Origin: Acidimicrobiales bacterium
GTDB taxonomy: Bacteria > Actinomycetota > Acidimicrobiia > Acidimicrobiales > Aldehydirespiratoraceae
Length of the DNA: 64,000 nucleotides
Assembly: GCA_963422655.1 (NCBI GenBank)
Contig: OY730440.1
Location: 2,425,442 to 2,489,441 of the forward strand
Direction of reading: 5' to 3'
The notes beneath the pieces were generated by a model. It saw nothing but the letters and a program-made list of their open reading frames with translations. It made no database searches and was not told the origin of the DNA. Below are positions 45,313 through 56,033 of the stretch, piece by piece (position 1 is the stretch's first letter; each line of letters starts with the position of its first letter). The translations under genes and the position numbers were made by a program.

Positions 45313-46125
45313 GTGAGCGGCGGTCGGTCGGTTCTGGGCGGTGAACAGGTAGAAGGGCGACAGGCCGTACGTGAACTGCTGCGAGCTCGATCTCGCCGAA
45401 CCTTGGAAGTGGTGCTGGCCCGCGGTTCGGAACCGGCTCCGGTGATCGATGAAATTCTGGCTTCGGCCCGAGCCCGGCAGGTTCCGGTCCTCGAGGTGGG
45501 TCGGGCCGAGCTCGACTCGATGGCCCGCACCGGCTCGACCCAGGGTGTGCTGGCCCGGGCCGAGCCACTGACCGGAGTCGACCTCGGCGATCTGGCCCGC
45601 CCCGATCCGAACGACCCGGCCGGTGCGGCGCCGTTCCTGCTCGCTCTCGACGGGATCACCGACCCGGGCAATCTCGGGGCCATTCTTCGTATCGCCGAAG
45701 GGGCGGGTGTGACCGGAATAGTGTTACCACGGCACCGGGCCGTCAGGGTCACGCCGACGGTTACCAAGGCGGCCGCGGGAGCCGTCGAGCACATGGCCGT
45801 GGCCTTGGTACCGGGTCTGCCCGCGGCCCTGAGGAAGCTGAGTGCGGCCGGGGTGTGGACGATAGGGCTCGACCCTGCCGGCCCCACTCCCATTCACGAT
45901 CTGACGGTGGCTTGCGAGCCGCTGGTGCTGGTACTGGGATCAGAAGGAGTCGGCCTGTCCCGGCTGGTGGCCGAGCGGTGCGACGTGCTGGCGTCGATCC
46001 CGCTGCGGGGCCGACTGGCTTCGCTCAACGTCGCCGCGGCCGGGGCGGTGGCCTGTTTCGAGATCACTCGCTGCCGGACCGGCTTCGACCCCGGTTCGAG
46101 CTCCAGGCCGGCTCCGGGGTCTTGA
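45313..46125 (+). CDS. TrmH/SpoU-family RNA 2-prime-O-methyltransferase (RlmB-like)
   Basis: GITDPGNLGAILR, LVLGSEGVGLS, SLNVAAAGAV. Confidence 0.85.
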   Translation: MSGGRSVLGGEQVEGRQAVRELLRARSRRTLEVVLARGSEPAPVIDEILASARARQVPVLEVGRAELDSMARTGSTQGVLARAEPLTGVDLGDLARPDPNDPAGAAPFLLALDGITDPGNLGAILRIAEGAGVTGIVLPRHRAVRVTPTVTKAAAGAVEHMAVALVPGLPAALRKLSAAGVWTIGLDPAGPTPIHDLTVACEPLVLVLGSEGVGLSRLVAERCDVLASIPLRGRLASLNVAAAGAVACFEITRCRTGFDPGSSSRPAPGS

Positions 46126-46197
46126 GCCCGAGACAGGATTCGAACCTGCGACCTGCTGTTTACAAGACAGCTGCTCTACCGCCTGAGCTACTCGGGC
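46125..46197 (-). tRNA. tRNA-Thr (anticodon UGU)
   Basis: Manual cloverleaf on the minus strand: gcccgag/ctcgggc acceptor, gctc-aggcggta-gagc, gctgt-ctTGTaa-acagc, gcagg-ttcgaat-cctgt. 73 nt, no encoded CCA. Its 3-prime base is shared with the last base of the convergent methyltransferase stop codon (46123-46125). Confidence 0.9.
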
Positions 46198-46353
46198 CTG
46201 GTCGAAGCGTAACCCGGTTCCGGCATTGGCGGATCGGCGACGGCCCCGTCCCGTCGCCTCTTCGATTCCTACCGAGTCGTCGGCCCGCTCTGCACCGTCC
46301 CCCCACGGTTCCTGATCGAAAGCTAAAGTCTTTCTGCGAGCTAGAGTTAAAAT

Positions 46354-46400
46354 CGGGAAGCAGCGCAAGTGCAGCGCAAGTGCGGGAAGCATCGCAAGTG
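46354..46400. repeat. Nested direct repeats (cgggaagcaKcgcaagtg twice, with an extra cagcgcaagtg between)
   Basis: Read directly, upstream of the LytR_C gene and next to an AT-rich patch (46310-46350). Confidence 0.7.
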
Positions 46401-46435
46401 CGTCGTAAATGCGGCCAGCAGTAGAGCGAAGGTAG

Positions 46436-47071
46436 GTGCCAGTGACGGCCCCAGGTCAGTACGCCGCAGGTGGCAATTCCCTCGCCCGGTCGGCCCGTGG
46501 TTCGGTCGGGCGCGGGGTAGCGCTCGTAGTCATTGCCGTGGCTGTCGGGGCCTGGCTCCTGTACGTCGCCTTCGACGAGCCGGGAGATCCGTCGAGCTCA
46601 CCGGTTACCGTGGACGGATCGGGCGAAACGGTACCTGGGGTCGGTACGGAGGGGGAAGTCGTCGAGGGGGAGGGCAATGGCGTCAACTCGGACCCCATCG
46701 AGGAGCCCACGGAATCGACCGAAGCCCCCCCGGTCTCGGTACCGATCAAAGATCCCAGCCAGGTCAAGGTGGTCGCCGTCAACGGCACCGGAACCACCGG
46801 TCTGGCCGGTCGAACCGCTGATCTCTTGGGGGTCCATGGTTACGTGACGGGAGCCAAGAACGCGGCTGAGGTCCCGCTGGCCGTCTCGTTCATCTACTAC
46901 CGGGCCGGATACAGCGAGGACGCCAAGGCCGTGGCCGCTCGTCTCCTGGCCCCGGCCGACATAATCACACCAGCTCCCGACGATGTCCTGGCTCTGGTCG
47001 CCAACTCCGACGATGTTGGTGATTTCCATATCTTCGTCTTCCTCGGTTCCGACGAAGTCATTACGGTCTGA
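46436..47071 (+). CDS. LytR_C-domain membrane protein
   Basis: N-terminal TM VALVVIAVAVGAWLLYVAF, acidic/Pro linker, and C-terminal VKVVAVNGTGTTGLAGRTADLL..GY typical of LytR cell-envelope C-terminal domains. Confidence 0.75.
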   Translation: MPVTAPGQYAAGGNSLARSARGSVGRGVALVVIAVAVGAWLLYVAFDEPGDPSSSPVTVDGSGETVPGVGTEGEVVEGEGNGVNSDPIEEPTESTEAPPVSVPIKDPSQVKVVAVNGTGTTGLAGRTADLLGVHGYVTGAKNAAEVPLAVSFIYYRAGYSEDAKAVAARLLAPADIITPAPDDVLALVANSDDVGDFHIFVFLGSDEVITV

Positions 47072-47169
47072 TCCATTTGTCGATGACGGGCCGCCACAGT
47101 CGCCCCTTCTGCGACAAGCCCCTCAACTGATCCGCCCATAGCCGGGCCGGGCGGGGCAAGCTTGTGTCC

Positions 47170-48183
47170 ATGCATGTGGTGGCCGCACCCGACAAGTTCC
47201 GGGGGACGGCGACTGCCGCCGTGGTGGCCCGGTCCATCGCCGCCGCGGTGATCGCAACCGGCTCCACCTGTGACCAGGTCCCGGTGGCCGACGGCGGTGA
47301 AGGCACGCTGGATGCCCTGGGCGGGCCCAACCGGTCCTCGGTGGTCACCGGCCCGTCGGGCCAGACGGTGACTGCGGCCTGGCGACTCCACGACAGGGTG
47401 GCCGTGATCGAGATGGCTCAGGCTTCGGGGCTGGCTCTCGTCGGTGGAGCCGCTGGCAACGACCCGGTGGGTGCCACCACGGCCGGTACCGGAGAGCTGA
47501 TAGCCGCCGCCATAGGGGCCGGGGCCCGCCGGGTGTTGGTAGGGGTCGGAGGCTCGGCCACAACCGACGGAGGGCTGGGGGCACTGGAGGCCATGCCGTC
47601 GAGAGCCCGACTGCGGGGGGTGAAGATCGAGGTGGCCTGTGATGTCCGCACCGGCTTCGTGGACGCGGCGGCCGTGTTCGGTCCCCAGAAAGGAGCGTCA
47701 GCGGCTCAGGTCGAGTTGCTGACCCGGCGCCTCGAACGGCTGGCTCAGATCTACCTGAGCGAGTACGGGATCGATGTCGTCGACCTCGACGGTGCCGGTG
47801 CGGCCGGAGGTTTGGCCGGAGGACTGGCCGCGATCGGGGCCGAGCTCGTGTCCGGGTTCGACCTCGTAGCCGAAGAGGTCGACCTCTACGGGTGGATCGA
47901 GGGGGCTGATCTGGTCGTCACCGGTGAGGGTCGGCTCGATGCCACGTCCTTCGAAGGCAAAGTCGTGGGTGGGGTGGCCCGACTGGCTCGGGCGGCCGGG
48001 GTGCCGGTGCTGGCCGTGGTCGGGGCCGACTTCACCACTACCGGCACCGGTTCGGGTGGCATCCATCCGGTCGAAACCGGGGGCGTCGAGACGCTGAACC
48101 TGTCGGCTCGCTTCGGCTCCGAATCGGCTCTGGCCGAGCCGGGCCGGTGCGTGTACGAAGCAGTGCTGGAACGGTTGAGCTGA
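47170..48183 (+). CDS. Glycerate kinase
   Basis: MHVVAAPDKFRGT, PVADGGEGT, GGSATTDGG, VVTGEGRLD. Confidence 0.9.
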   Translation: MHVVAAPDKFRGTATAAVVARSIAAAVIATGSTCDQVPVADGGEGTLDALGGPNRSSVVTGPSGQTVTAAWRLHDRVAVIEMAQASGLALVGGAAGNDPVGATTAGTGELIAAAIGAGARRVLVGVGGSATTDGGLGALEAMPSRARLRGVKIEVACDVRTGFVDAAAVFGPQKGASAAQVELLTRRLERLAQIYLSEYGIDVVDLDGAGAAGGLAGGLAAIGAELVSGFDLVAEEVDLYGWIEGADLVVTGEGRLDATSFEGKVVGGVARLARAAGVPVLAVVGADFTTTGTGSGGIHPVETGGVETLNLSARFGSESALAEPGRCVYEAVLERLS

Positions 48184-48245
48184 CTCTGCAGGGCTCACCG
48201 GCCCGACACCGGCCGGCCGCGAACGAACTGGACGGGCGCGCCCCA

Positions 48246-48273
48246 GATGATCAGCGCTGGATGATCAGCGCTT
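48246..48273. repeat. Tandem duplication, 2 x 14 bp (gatgatcagcgctK)
   Basis: Read directly. Copy 2 carries the stop codon (48265-48267, minus strand) of the small membrane ORF. Confidence 0.85.
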
Positions 48274-48462
48274 GGCCTTGGCCGATATCACCCACAGGAC
48301 CAGCGTGACGATGGCCGCCGCCACCAGACCCACTCTCAAGAGGCTGAAGAGGGAGGCCAATACCCACTGCACCATCGTGATCACGGCGAAGGCCATGATC
48401 ACGGCCAAGGCGATGACCACGGGGAGGGGCAGTCGTCCGGACGGACTCTCGTTGCTGTTCAT
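48265..48462 (-). CDS. Small two-TM membrane protein (65 aa), hypothetical
   Basis: This is the C-terminal tail of the spurious 842-aa antisense ORF. From ATG 48462: MNSNESPSGRLPLPVVIALAVIMAFAVITMVQWVLASLFSLLRVGLVAAAIVTLVLWVISAKAKR. Good GC3 bias. Confidence 0.5.
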   Translation of the reverse strand: MNSNESPSGRLPLPVVIALAVIMAFAVITMVQWVLASLFSLLRVGLVAAAIVTLVLWVISAKAKR

Positions 48463-48577
48463 GCCCACCAAGATAGGCGTTGCCGCCGGATCCAACCCGA
48501 TACGATCAGTCAGGATTCGAGACCGGATCGAACCGGCCCGGCCGGTCATACCCAGCCGGTCGTAACCGAGGAGCAAC

Positions 48578-48859
48578 ATGGCTGTCACCGTTCGAGTTCC
48601 CACCACGCTGCGCCCCCTCACCGCTGGTTCGTCCGAAGTGGTAGTGGGCGGGTCCACGGTGGCCGAGGTGATCGACTCGCTGGAGTCGGCCCATCCGGGT
48701 TTCAGAGCCCGGATCCTCGACGAGGCCGGCGAGTTGCGCCGGTTCGTCAACATGTTCGTCAGCGACGACGACGTGCGTTTCCTCGACGGGCTCAGCACCG
48801 CCGTTGCCGACGGCGAGATCGTGAGCATCGTCCCGGCCGTGGCCGGCGGGGCGTCGTAG
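48578..48859 (+). CDS. MoaD/ThiS-family ubiquitin-like sulfur carrier (CysO-like) with Gly-Gly followed by two residues
   Basis: 93 aa. VRVPTTLRPLT.., C-terminus IVPAVAGGAS. Confidence 0.7.
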   Translation: MAVTVRVPTTLRPLTAGSSEVVVGGSTVAEVIDSLESAHPGFRARILDEAGELRRFVNMFVSDDDVRFLDGLSTAVADGEIVSIVPAVAGGAS

Positions 48860-48914
48860 ATCTCGTCGATTCGAACCGGGGTCGGGTTGCGATCGCAGAC
48901 CGAACACGATTGAA

Positions 48915-50610
<1,696 letters not shown>

Positions 50611-50624
50611 CCGAACTGCACCCG

Positions 50625-51095
50625 TTGTGCTGCTCGCTGGCGCCCCTGCTCGGGACATGGCGGGGCTCGGGGCAGGGGAGCTACCCCACCATCGATGACT
50701 TCTCCTACACCGAGGAATTGGTCTTCGGTCATGTCGGCAAGCCGTTCTTGGCCATGACCCAGCGCAGCCGGGACGGATCAACGGGGGAGCCACTCCATGC
50801 CGAGGCTGGGTACCTGCGTGCCCTCCCTGACAATGAGGTGGAGTTGGTGCTGGCCCAGCCGTCGGGAATAGTCGAAGTGGATGTCGGCTCGGTCACCCCG
50901 ACAGATGCAGGCCTGATACTGGATCTGTCTTCGACCCGGATCGGTGTGTCACCGACAGCGAAACCGGTTACAGCCGTCCGGCGCTGTCTGGCCCTGACCG
51001 GATCGACGTTGGTGTCGGAGTTGTGGATGGCGGCGGTGGGCGAGGCTGATCTCGTTCACCATGTGCGGTCGGAGTTGTCGAAGCCGGGACCGTAG
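50625..51095 (+). CDS. Nitrobindin/FABP-like (DUF1794) heme-binding beta-barrel protein
   Basis: LAPLLGTWRGSGQGSYPTIDDFSYTEELVF is the family N-terminal signature. Confidence 0.7.
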   Translation: MCCSLAPLLGTWRGSGQGSYPTIDDFSYTEELVFGHVGKPFLAMTQRSRDGSTGEPLHAEAGYLRALPDNEVELVLAQPSGIVEVDVGSVTPTDAGLILDLSSTRIGVSPTAKPVTAVRRCLALTGSTLVSELWMAAVGEADLVHHVRSELSKPGP

Positions 51096-51099
51096 CCTT

Positions 51100-51903
51100 A
51101 TGGCCATGGCAATGAAGTCCAGGAGCCAGAAGTGGTTGGTTCGGCCTTGGACCGGTGAGGGCTTGGCTGTGGGTCGGCGCCCTGACCGTCTCGCATCCGA
51201 GGAGCCCATGGCCATCGAGCTGGACGGCGTGCGGGTGACCACCACCATGCGTACCCCCGGCCACGACTTCGAGCTGGCGGCCGGGTTCTGCTTTACCGAG
51301 GGACTGCTCGACGGCCACCCGGTGACCCGGGTCAGTTACTGTGCCTTCGGATCGGCAGTTGCCACCGCCTTCAACGTGGTGTCGGTGTCCACCGGCGGTA
51401 GAGCGCCCCCGCCTCGGCCCCGGCTCACCACCACCACGTCATCGTGCGGCTTCTGCGGGACCGACGAGATCGACGAGCTGGTGGGCAAGCTGAAACCGGT
51501 CACCGGAGCGGCCCTGGCCTGGGAGCTGCTGGCCGCCGCACCGGAGGGGCTGCGGTCGGGCCAAGAGCTGTTCGCGGCCACCGGCGCTGTCCATGCCGCC
51601 GGGGTGGTCGAACCCGACGGCCGGGTCACCACCGTGCGTGAGGACGTTGGGCGTCACAACGCTGTGGACAAGATCATCGGGCGCCTGCTCCTCGACGGCG
51701 AGCTTCCGGCCCGGGGGAAGGGTCTCGTTGTCAGCGGGCGGGCCAGCTTCGAGTTGGTGCACAAGGCTTGGGCCGGGGGGTTCCGGGCTCTGGTGGCGGT
51801 CAGCGCTCCCACCGCCTTGGCCGCGGCTACGGCCGAAGCGGCCGGTATGCAGTTGGCCGGATTCGCCCGAGGCGGCCAACTGTCGATCTACACCGACGCC
51901 TGA
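51100..51903 (+). CDS. fdhD: Formate dehydrogenase accessory sulfurtransferase FdhD
   Basis: SSCGFCG, EDVGRHNAVDK, SGRASFELV. Confidence 0.9.
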   Translation: MAMAMKSRSQKWLVRPWTGEGLAVGRRPDRLASEEPMAIELDGVRVTTTMRTPGHDFELAAGFCFTEGLLDGHPVTRVSYCAFGSAVATAFNVVSVSTGGRAPPPRPRLTTTTSSCGFCGTDEIDELVGKLKPVTGAALAWELLAAAPEGLRSGQELFAATGAVHAAGVVEPDGRVTTVREDVGRHNAVDKIIGRLLLDGELPARGKGLVVSGRASFELVHKAWAGGFRALVAVSAPTALAAATAEAAGMQLAGFARGGQLSIYTDA

Positions 51904-51958
51904 CGCCACCTGCGCCGGATTGCCGCCGCCCGCCCCGGCCGTTTCGTAGACTGCTGCC

Positions 51959-52651
51959 ATGGTCGACCCGGTCACCGTATCCACAGGCCTCACCGTGCTA
52001 CACCTCTTCTGTGCCCGTACCCCTCTCAGCGACGACAAGCAGGTGCGGGCCGCCGTGGAGGAGGCCGAGTCGGCCGGTATCACGGTGGTTACCGTGGCCG
52101 TTCTCGGTCACAAGGCGGAGCTGGCGTTCATGGCCCTCGACGCCGACGCTTGGAAACTGCGTGATCTCCAGACCCTACTGACGGAAAGGGGCGGGCTCAA
52201 GGCGATCGACAGCTTCGTCTCCATCACGGAGCTGTCCGAGTATGCCCAGGGCCTGCCCGCTGCTATGGCTGACATGCGGCTCTACCCGGAGCTGCCTCCC
52301 GAAGGAAAGCCGGCTTGGTGCTTCTATCCCATGACCAAGCGCCGCAACCCGGGCCAGAACTGGTATGAGCTGCCCTATGACCAGCGCAAGGAGCTCATGT
52401 ATGAGCACGGCGCCTCGGGACGTAAGTTTGCCGGTCGTATTGTTCAGCTCGTCACTGCTTCCACCGGCCTCGACGATTGGGAATGGGGGGTGACGCTGTT
52501 CGGTCGCAGTCTCGACGATCTGAAGGAAACTGTTTATACCATGCGCTATGATCGAGCTTCGGCTGCATACGCCGAGTTCGGCCCGTTCATCACCGGGTTG
52601 GTAGGACCGGTCGACGAGATCCTGGACCGGACCAGCCTCAGAGTGCAGTAA
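51959..52651 (+). CDS. chdC: Coproheme decarboxylase / chlorite-dismutase-family protein (HemQ/ChdC)
   Basis: WCFYPMTKRR, WYELPYDQRKELMYEHG, WEWGVTLF. Confidence 0.85.
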   Translation: MVDPVTVSTGLTVLHLFCARTPLSDDKQVRAAVEEAESAGITVVTVAVLGHKAELAFMALDADAWKLRDLQTLLTERGGLKAIDSFVSITELSEYAQGLPAAMADMRLYPELPPEGKPAWCFYPMTKRRNPGQNWYELPYDQRKELMYEHGASGRKFAGRIVQLVTASTGLDDWEWGVTLFGRSLDDLKETVYTMRYDRASAAYAEFGPFITGLVGPVDEILDRTSLRVQ

Positions 52652-52736
52652 GCACTGGTCGTCGGGTGATACAGGCTGGTAGTTCGCGTTCATTGTGGTG
52701 TCTGCCCATCTTGATCGAAGGTGACGGTTTGGGGTT

Positions 52737-53489
52737 GTGACCGATCAGCGTCTCGGTTTCGAGGCTGTGTGGGACCAGGTGAGCGGAGTGGAAGGTTGGT
52801 TGAGTTGTGATCAGGCCCGGATGCTCTATGACCGGGCCGTCGAGCTGACCCCAACCGCCACCGTGGTGGAGATCGGCAGCTTCCGAGGCCGGTCCACGAT
52901 TGTCTTGGCTTCGGCTGTCCCGGGCGGTGTCGAAGTGGTGGCTATCGACCCCCATGCCGGAGGCGACCGGGGTCCGGGTGAGATTTCCGCCGACCGCCGC
53001 CGTGGCGACGAAGACTTGGCCGCATTTCACGCCAACCTCCGAGCCGCCGCCTTTACCGACCGGGTTCGCCATGTGCGCCGGGCTTCAGCCGAAGCGGCTG
53101 CTGACGTGGAAGGTGAGATCGACTTGCTCTACGTCGACGGGGCCCACCGATTCGGTCCGGCACGAGCCGACATGATCGAGTGGGGCGGGCGGGTTCGGCT
53201 TGGGGGAACAATGCTCGTCCACGACGCGTTCAGCTCTGTGGGGGTGACTCTGGCCCTGCTGGGTTCCACACTTCCCAGCCGGAACTGGTACTACGTCGGC
53301 CGGTCCGGGTCCATGGCCGAGTTCCGGCGGATGGGCCTGACACCGGTCCGGGGCATGCTCGATGCTCTGCGCCAAGCCGCCCAGCTTCCTTGGTTCGTTC
53401 GCAACCTCGTGATCAAAGTGCTCATCGTGGCCCGGCTCGGCCCGTTCGCTCGGCTCCTCGGCCATCGGGGCGGTCATTGGCCCTATTGA
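52737..53489 (+). CDS. Class I SAM-dependent methyltransferase (Methyltransf_24-like)
   Basis: VVEIGSFRGRSTIVLA, LLYVDGAHRF. Confidence 0.8.
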   Translation: MTDQRLGFEAVWDQVSGVEGWLSCDQARMLYDRAVELTPTATVVEIGSFRGRSTIVLASAVPGGVEVVAIDPHAGGDRGPGEISADRRRGDEDLAAFHANLRAAAFTDRVRHVRRASAEAAADVEGEIDLLYVDGAHRFGPARADMIEWGGRVRLGGTMLVHDAFSSVGVTLALLGSTLPSRNWYYVGRSGSMAEFRRMGLTPVRGMLDALRQAAQLPWFVRNLVIKVLIVARLGPFARLLGHRGGHWPY

Positions 53490-53528
53490 GTTGATCGGTT
53501 CTTCTCGGTGGGCTATTACGATGGCCAG

Positions 53529-53556
53529 TTAGCAGGCAAGCTGTTTATGCTAGTAT
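53529..53556 (+). promoter_or_regulatory. Candidate sigma-70-type promoter (TTAGCA-N16-TAGTAT) for the SLH surface-protein gene
   Basis: Read directly in an AT-rich spacer. An aggag RBS lies at 53583-53587, 6 nt before ATG 53594. Confidence 0.35.
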
Positions 53557-53593
53557 GTTTAACACTTCGTCTTTGTCAGTTTAGGAGTTCTCA

Positions 53594-55978
53594 ATGGCTG
53601 ATGTTGCTGCAATCGACAACTCGGGCCGAGCAGCCGACCCGGTGATCATCGGTGGAGTCGCGATGCCCTGTCGCCTCTCGCCTCAGAGAACACGGCGAAC
53701 GACAAGACGCAGGCGGGTCATGGTGAGCCTGGCGCTGATCCTGGCCGTTATATCGTCGATGCTGCCGGTAGCCGCGGTGAATGCGCAGGACGCGGTGGAT
53801 GCGCAGGACTCGGTTTACATCGAGGGCTTGTCGTCCTCTGGAACCAATTTTATCGAAGTGGAAGAGAACACCAAGATGGTCATGGCCAAACTGGTGCTCG
53901 TTGGTGTTGAAACCCTCGAGCTGGAGTCCAATCAAGAAATCCGATGGTCAGTCATCGGTCGTGATGGTAGATACCATTTCCATACGCTCCCTTACCGGGA
54001 TCGTGGATTACCGGGTCAGATACCCAAGCTGATGTTTGATAATGGCCCGAATTTCCCGAATTTTGAGGATCCTCAGGACGAAAATAAAGATAATATCTAC
54101 GAATTTTCTATCGCAGCCTTTGTAGTGACCTTAAGATACGTAAGTTCCTACGGCTATTTTGGCACATATGAAGAGCATCCCGCTGCCATAGCGAAGTTGT
54201 CTGTGATCGTCACTGATGTAGGTGAGGACCCTCCTGATGCTCCGCAGTGGCATTCGATAAAATCTTCTCAGCCCTCGCAGATATCAGCGCAATGGATAGA
54301 ACCATCTAGACCCGGCCCATCGATCGATCGGTATGACCTCCAGATCCGGTCCACACCGGACCAGGCAGAGTGGGTCGACCTTGATCGGTCACGATTCAGG
54401 AGCGAGAGTAGCGGCTACGTACGCTGGCCGGTATATGACACGGTCGTTTCCGTGGATATTGTTGGGTTCAACTATGTCCCGTCAAAGTCATATCAATTAC
54501 GGGTACGGGGTGTGAACGCCGATGGTATCGGACAGTGGTCCCAACCTTCCGAGCCCGTAAACGTCTTTCCCAGAAGACCTGAATTCATCATTCCTACCGA
54601 TCTGTCAGTGGCAGAGAACACTACCGAGGTGGGGGTCTTGGAGGTCAAAGATTCCGGCGATTACCAGGATATCTTTTGGTCTCTAACCGACGACCGGTTC
54701 GAATTGACACCCGTGGATCCCCAGGTGTCCACATCCATGAAGCTGAGTTTCAAGCAGGCCCCGAACTTTGAGAAGCCTGGAGATGCTGACGGTGATGGTG
54801 TCTACGAGTTGAAGGTGACTCTCAGCGATGGCAGCGACCACTTCAGTGCCACCAGTACGGTGACTGTGATCGATGTCGCTGAGGCGCCGTCTGCTCCGGG
54901 TGAGCCAGCGGTTACCCCTCGAGGTGATACGGAGTTGGTGGTGGAATGGGACGAACCGGCCAACCCGGGTCCGACGATCACCGACTATGACGTCGAGTAC
55001 CGAGAAGGGCCCACTCGGCTGTGGGTCGATGCCCGCTATTCAGGTAGTCCAGAAAGCGCCACGAGTACGGCTATGACCATCAGTGGGTTGACCCGGCAGA
55101 CGGACTATGAAGTGAGAGTACAAGCCTACAACGACGAGGGTATAAGTGGCTGGTCCGCAGTCGCTACGGCCACCACCGGCGACGCCATACCGGACCCGGT
55201 CGATCCCCCGGATTCGGATTCGACCCCGACCCCGGACTCAGATTCGGATTCGGATTCGGATTCGACCCCGACCCCGGACTCGGATTCGGATTCGGATTCG
55301 GATTCGACCCCGGATTCGGATGCGGATTCGGATGCGGATTCGGTTGTTGACCCGGTCGGTCCTTCGGGTTCGGATTCGGGTTCTTCGGATGGTTCTGCCC
55401 GGGTTTGGGTGTCCCGGACGGTTTGGCCGTTCGTGGATGTGGCTGAGGATTCACCGCACAGGGAAAGTATCGGTGAGTTGACGTCTCTGGGGATCATCAA
55501 GGGTAAGACGGCGACGAGCTTTGAGCCGAAAGCCCTTTTGACTCGTGCTCATATCGCTTCGTTCCTGGCCCGGTTGTGGAGGAAGTCGGGGCAGGATTGT
55601 CCGAAGGGTGCCAGTGTCTGGGCCGACGTGGGTGCTTCTTCGGCGCACAGCGGCAACATTGATTGTCTGGGTGGTCTCGGTATCGTCACCGGCACTACTG
55701 AGATGACCTATGAGCCCTACCGACCGGCGTCTCGTTCGTCTATGGCCTCTTTCTTGGCCAACATCTGGCGTCAGTCCGGCAACAAGTGTCCGGTGGCCGA
55801 GGCGCCGTTGCCTTTCGACGATGTGCCCGGTGATGCTGATTATGCCGATGACGTGAAATGCATCTACGACCTTGGCATCACAGCCGGTAAGACAGCCACA
55901 AGCTATGATCCTGGTAGTACGGTTACCCGCGAGCAAATGGCCTCATTTCTGGCCCGCCTCTGGCGTAAATTACGGTGA
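53594..55978 (+). CDS. Secreted cell-surface protein: two cadherin-like and two FN3 domains, a Asp/Ser/Thr/Pro linker and three C-terminal SLH domains
   Basis: TM/signal SLALILAVISSMLPVAAVNA. FN3 signatures YQLRVRGVNADGIGQWS and YEVRVQAYNDEGISGWS. Cadherin-like PGDADGDGVYELKVTLSDG. Three SLH-like units (F[VD]DV...G[IL][IT].G....F.P....TR...ASFLARLWR) from about 55421 to the end. Strongly reduced GC in the 5-prime half. Confidence 0.85.
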   Translation: MADVAAIDNSGRAADPVIIGGVAMPCRLSPQRTRRTTRRRRVMVSLALILAVISSMLPVAAVNAQDAVDAQDSVYIEGLSSSGTNFIEVEENTKMVMAKLVLVGVETLELESNQEIRWSVIGRDGRYHFHTLPYRDRGLPGQIPKLMFDNGPNFPNFEDPQDENKDNIYEFSIAAFVVTLRYVSSYGYFGTYEEHPAAIAKLSVIVTDVGEDPPDAPQWHSIKSSQPSQISAQWIEPSRPGPSIDRYDLQIRSTPDQAEWVDLDRSRFRSESSGYVRWPVYDTVVSVDIVGFNYVPSKSYQLRVRGVNADGIGQWSQPSEPVNVFPRRPEFIIPTDLSVAENTTEVGVLEVKDSGDYQDIFWSLTDDRFELTPVDPQVSTSMKLSFKQAPNFEKPGDADGDGVYELKVTLSDGSDHFSATSTVTVIDVAEAPSAPGEPAVTPRGDTELVVEWDEPANPGPTITDYDVEYREGPTRLWVDARYSGSPESATSTAMTISGLTRQTDYEVRVQAYNDEGISGWSAVATATTGDAIPDPVDPPDSDSTPTPDSDSDSDSDSTPTPDSDSDSDSDSTPDSDADSDADSVVDPVGPSGSDSGSSDGSARVWVSRTVWPFVDVAEDSPHRESIGELTSLGIIKGKTATSFEPKALLTRAHIASFLARLWRKSGQDCPKGASVWADVGASSAHSGNIDCLGGLGIVTGTTEMTYEPYRPASRSSMASFLANIWRQSGNKCPVAEAPLPFDDVPGDADYADDVKCIYDLGITAGKTATSYDPGSTVTREQMASFLARLWRKLR
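53774..53809 (+). repeat. In-frame tandem duplication, 2 x 18 bp (gcggtgRatgcgcaggac) at the signal-peptide cleavage region
   Basis: Encodes AVNAQD/AVDAQD. Confidence 0.85.
55195..55345 (+). repeat. Coding microsatellite-like region (gattcg/gacccc units) encoding a DSDS/TPTP linker
   Basis: Read directly; in frame within the surface protein. Confidence 0.85.
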
Positions 55979-56033
55979 GCCCGTGATGCGCACTCGTTCG
56001 AGCTGACATCAATGACACCGGCGGCGGCTGGCA

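Noticed and set aside
55195-55345. gattcg microsatellite as a non-coding or phase-variation element
   Set aside because: It is in frame (6-bp unit) and encodes the Asp/Ser/Thr/Pro linker of the surface protein. Changes in length would alter linker length but not switch the gene on or off.
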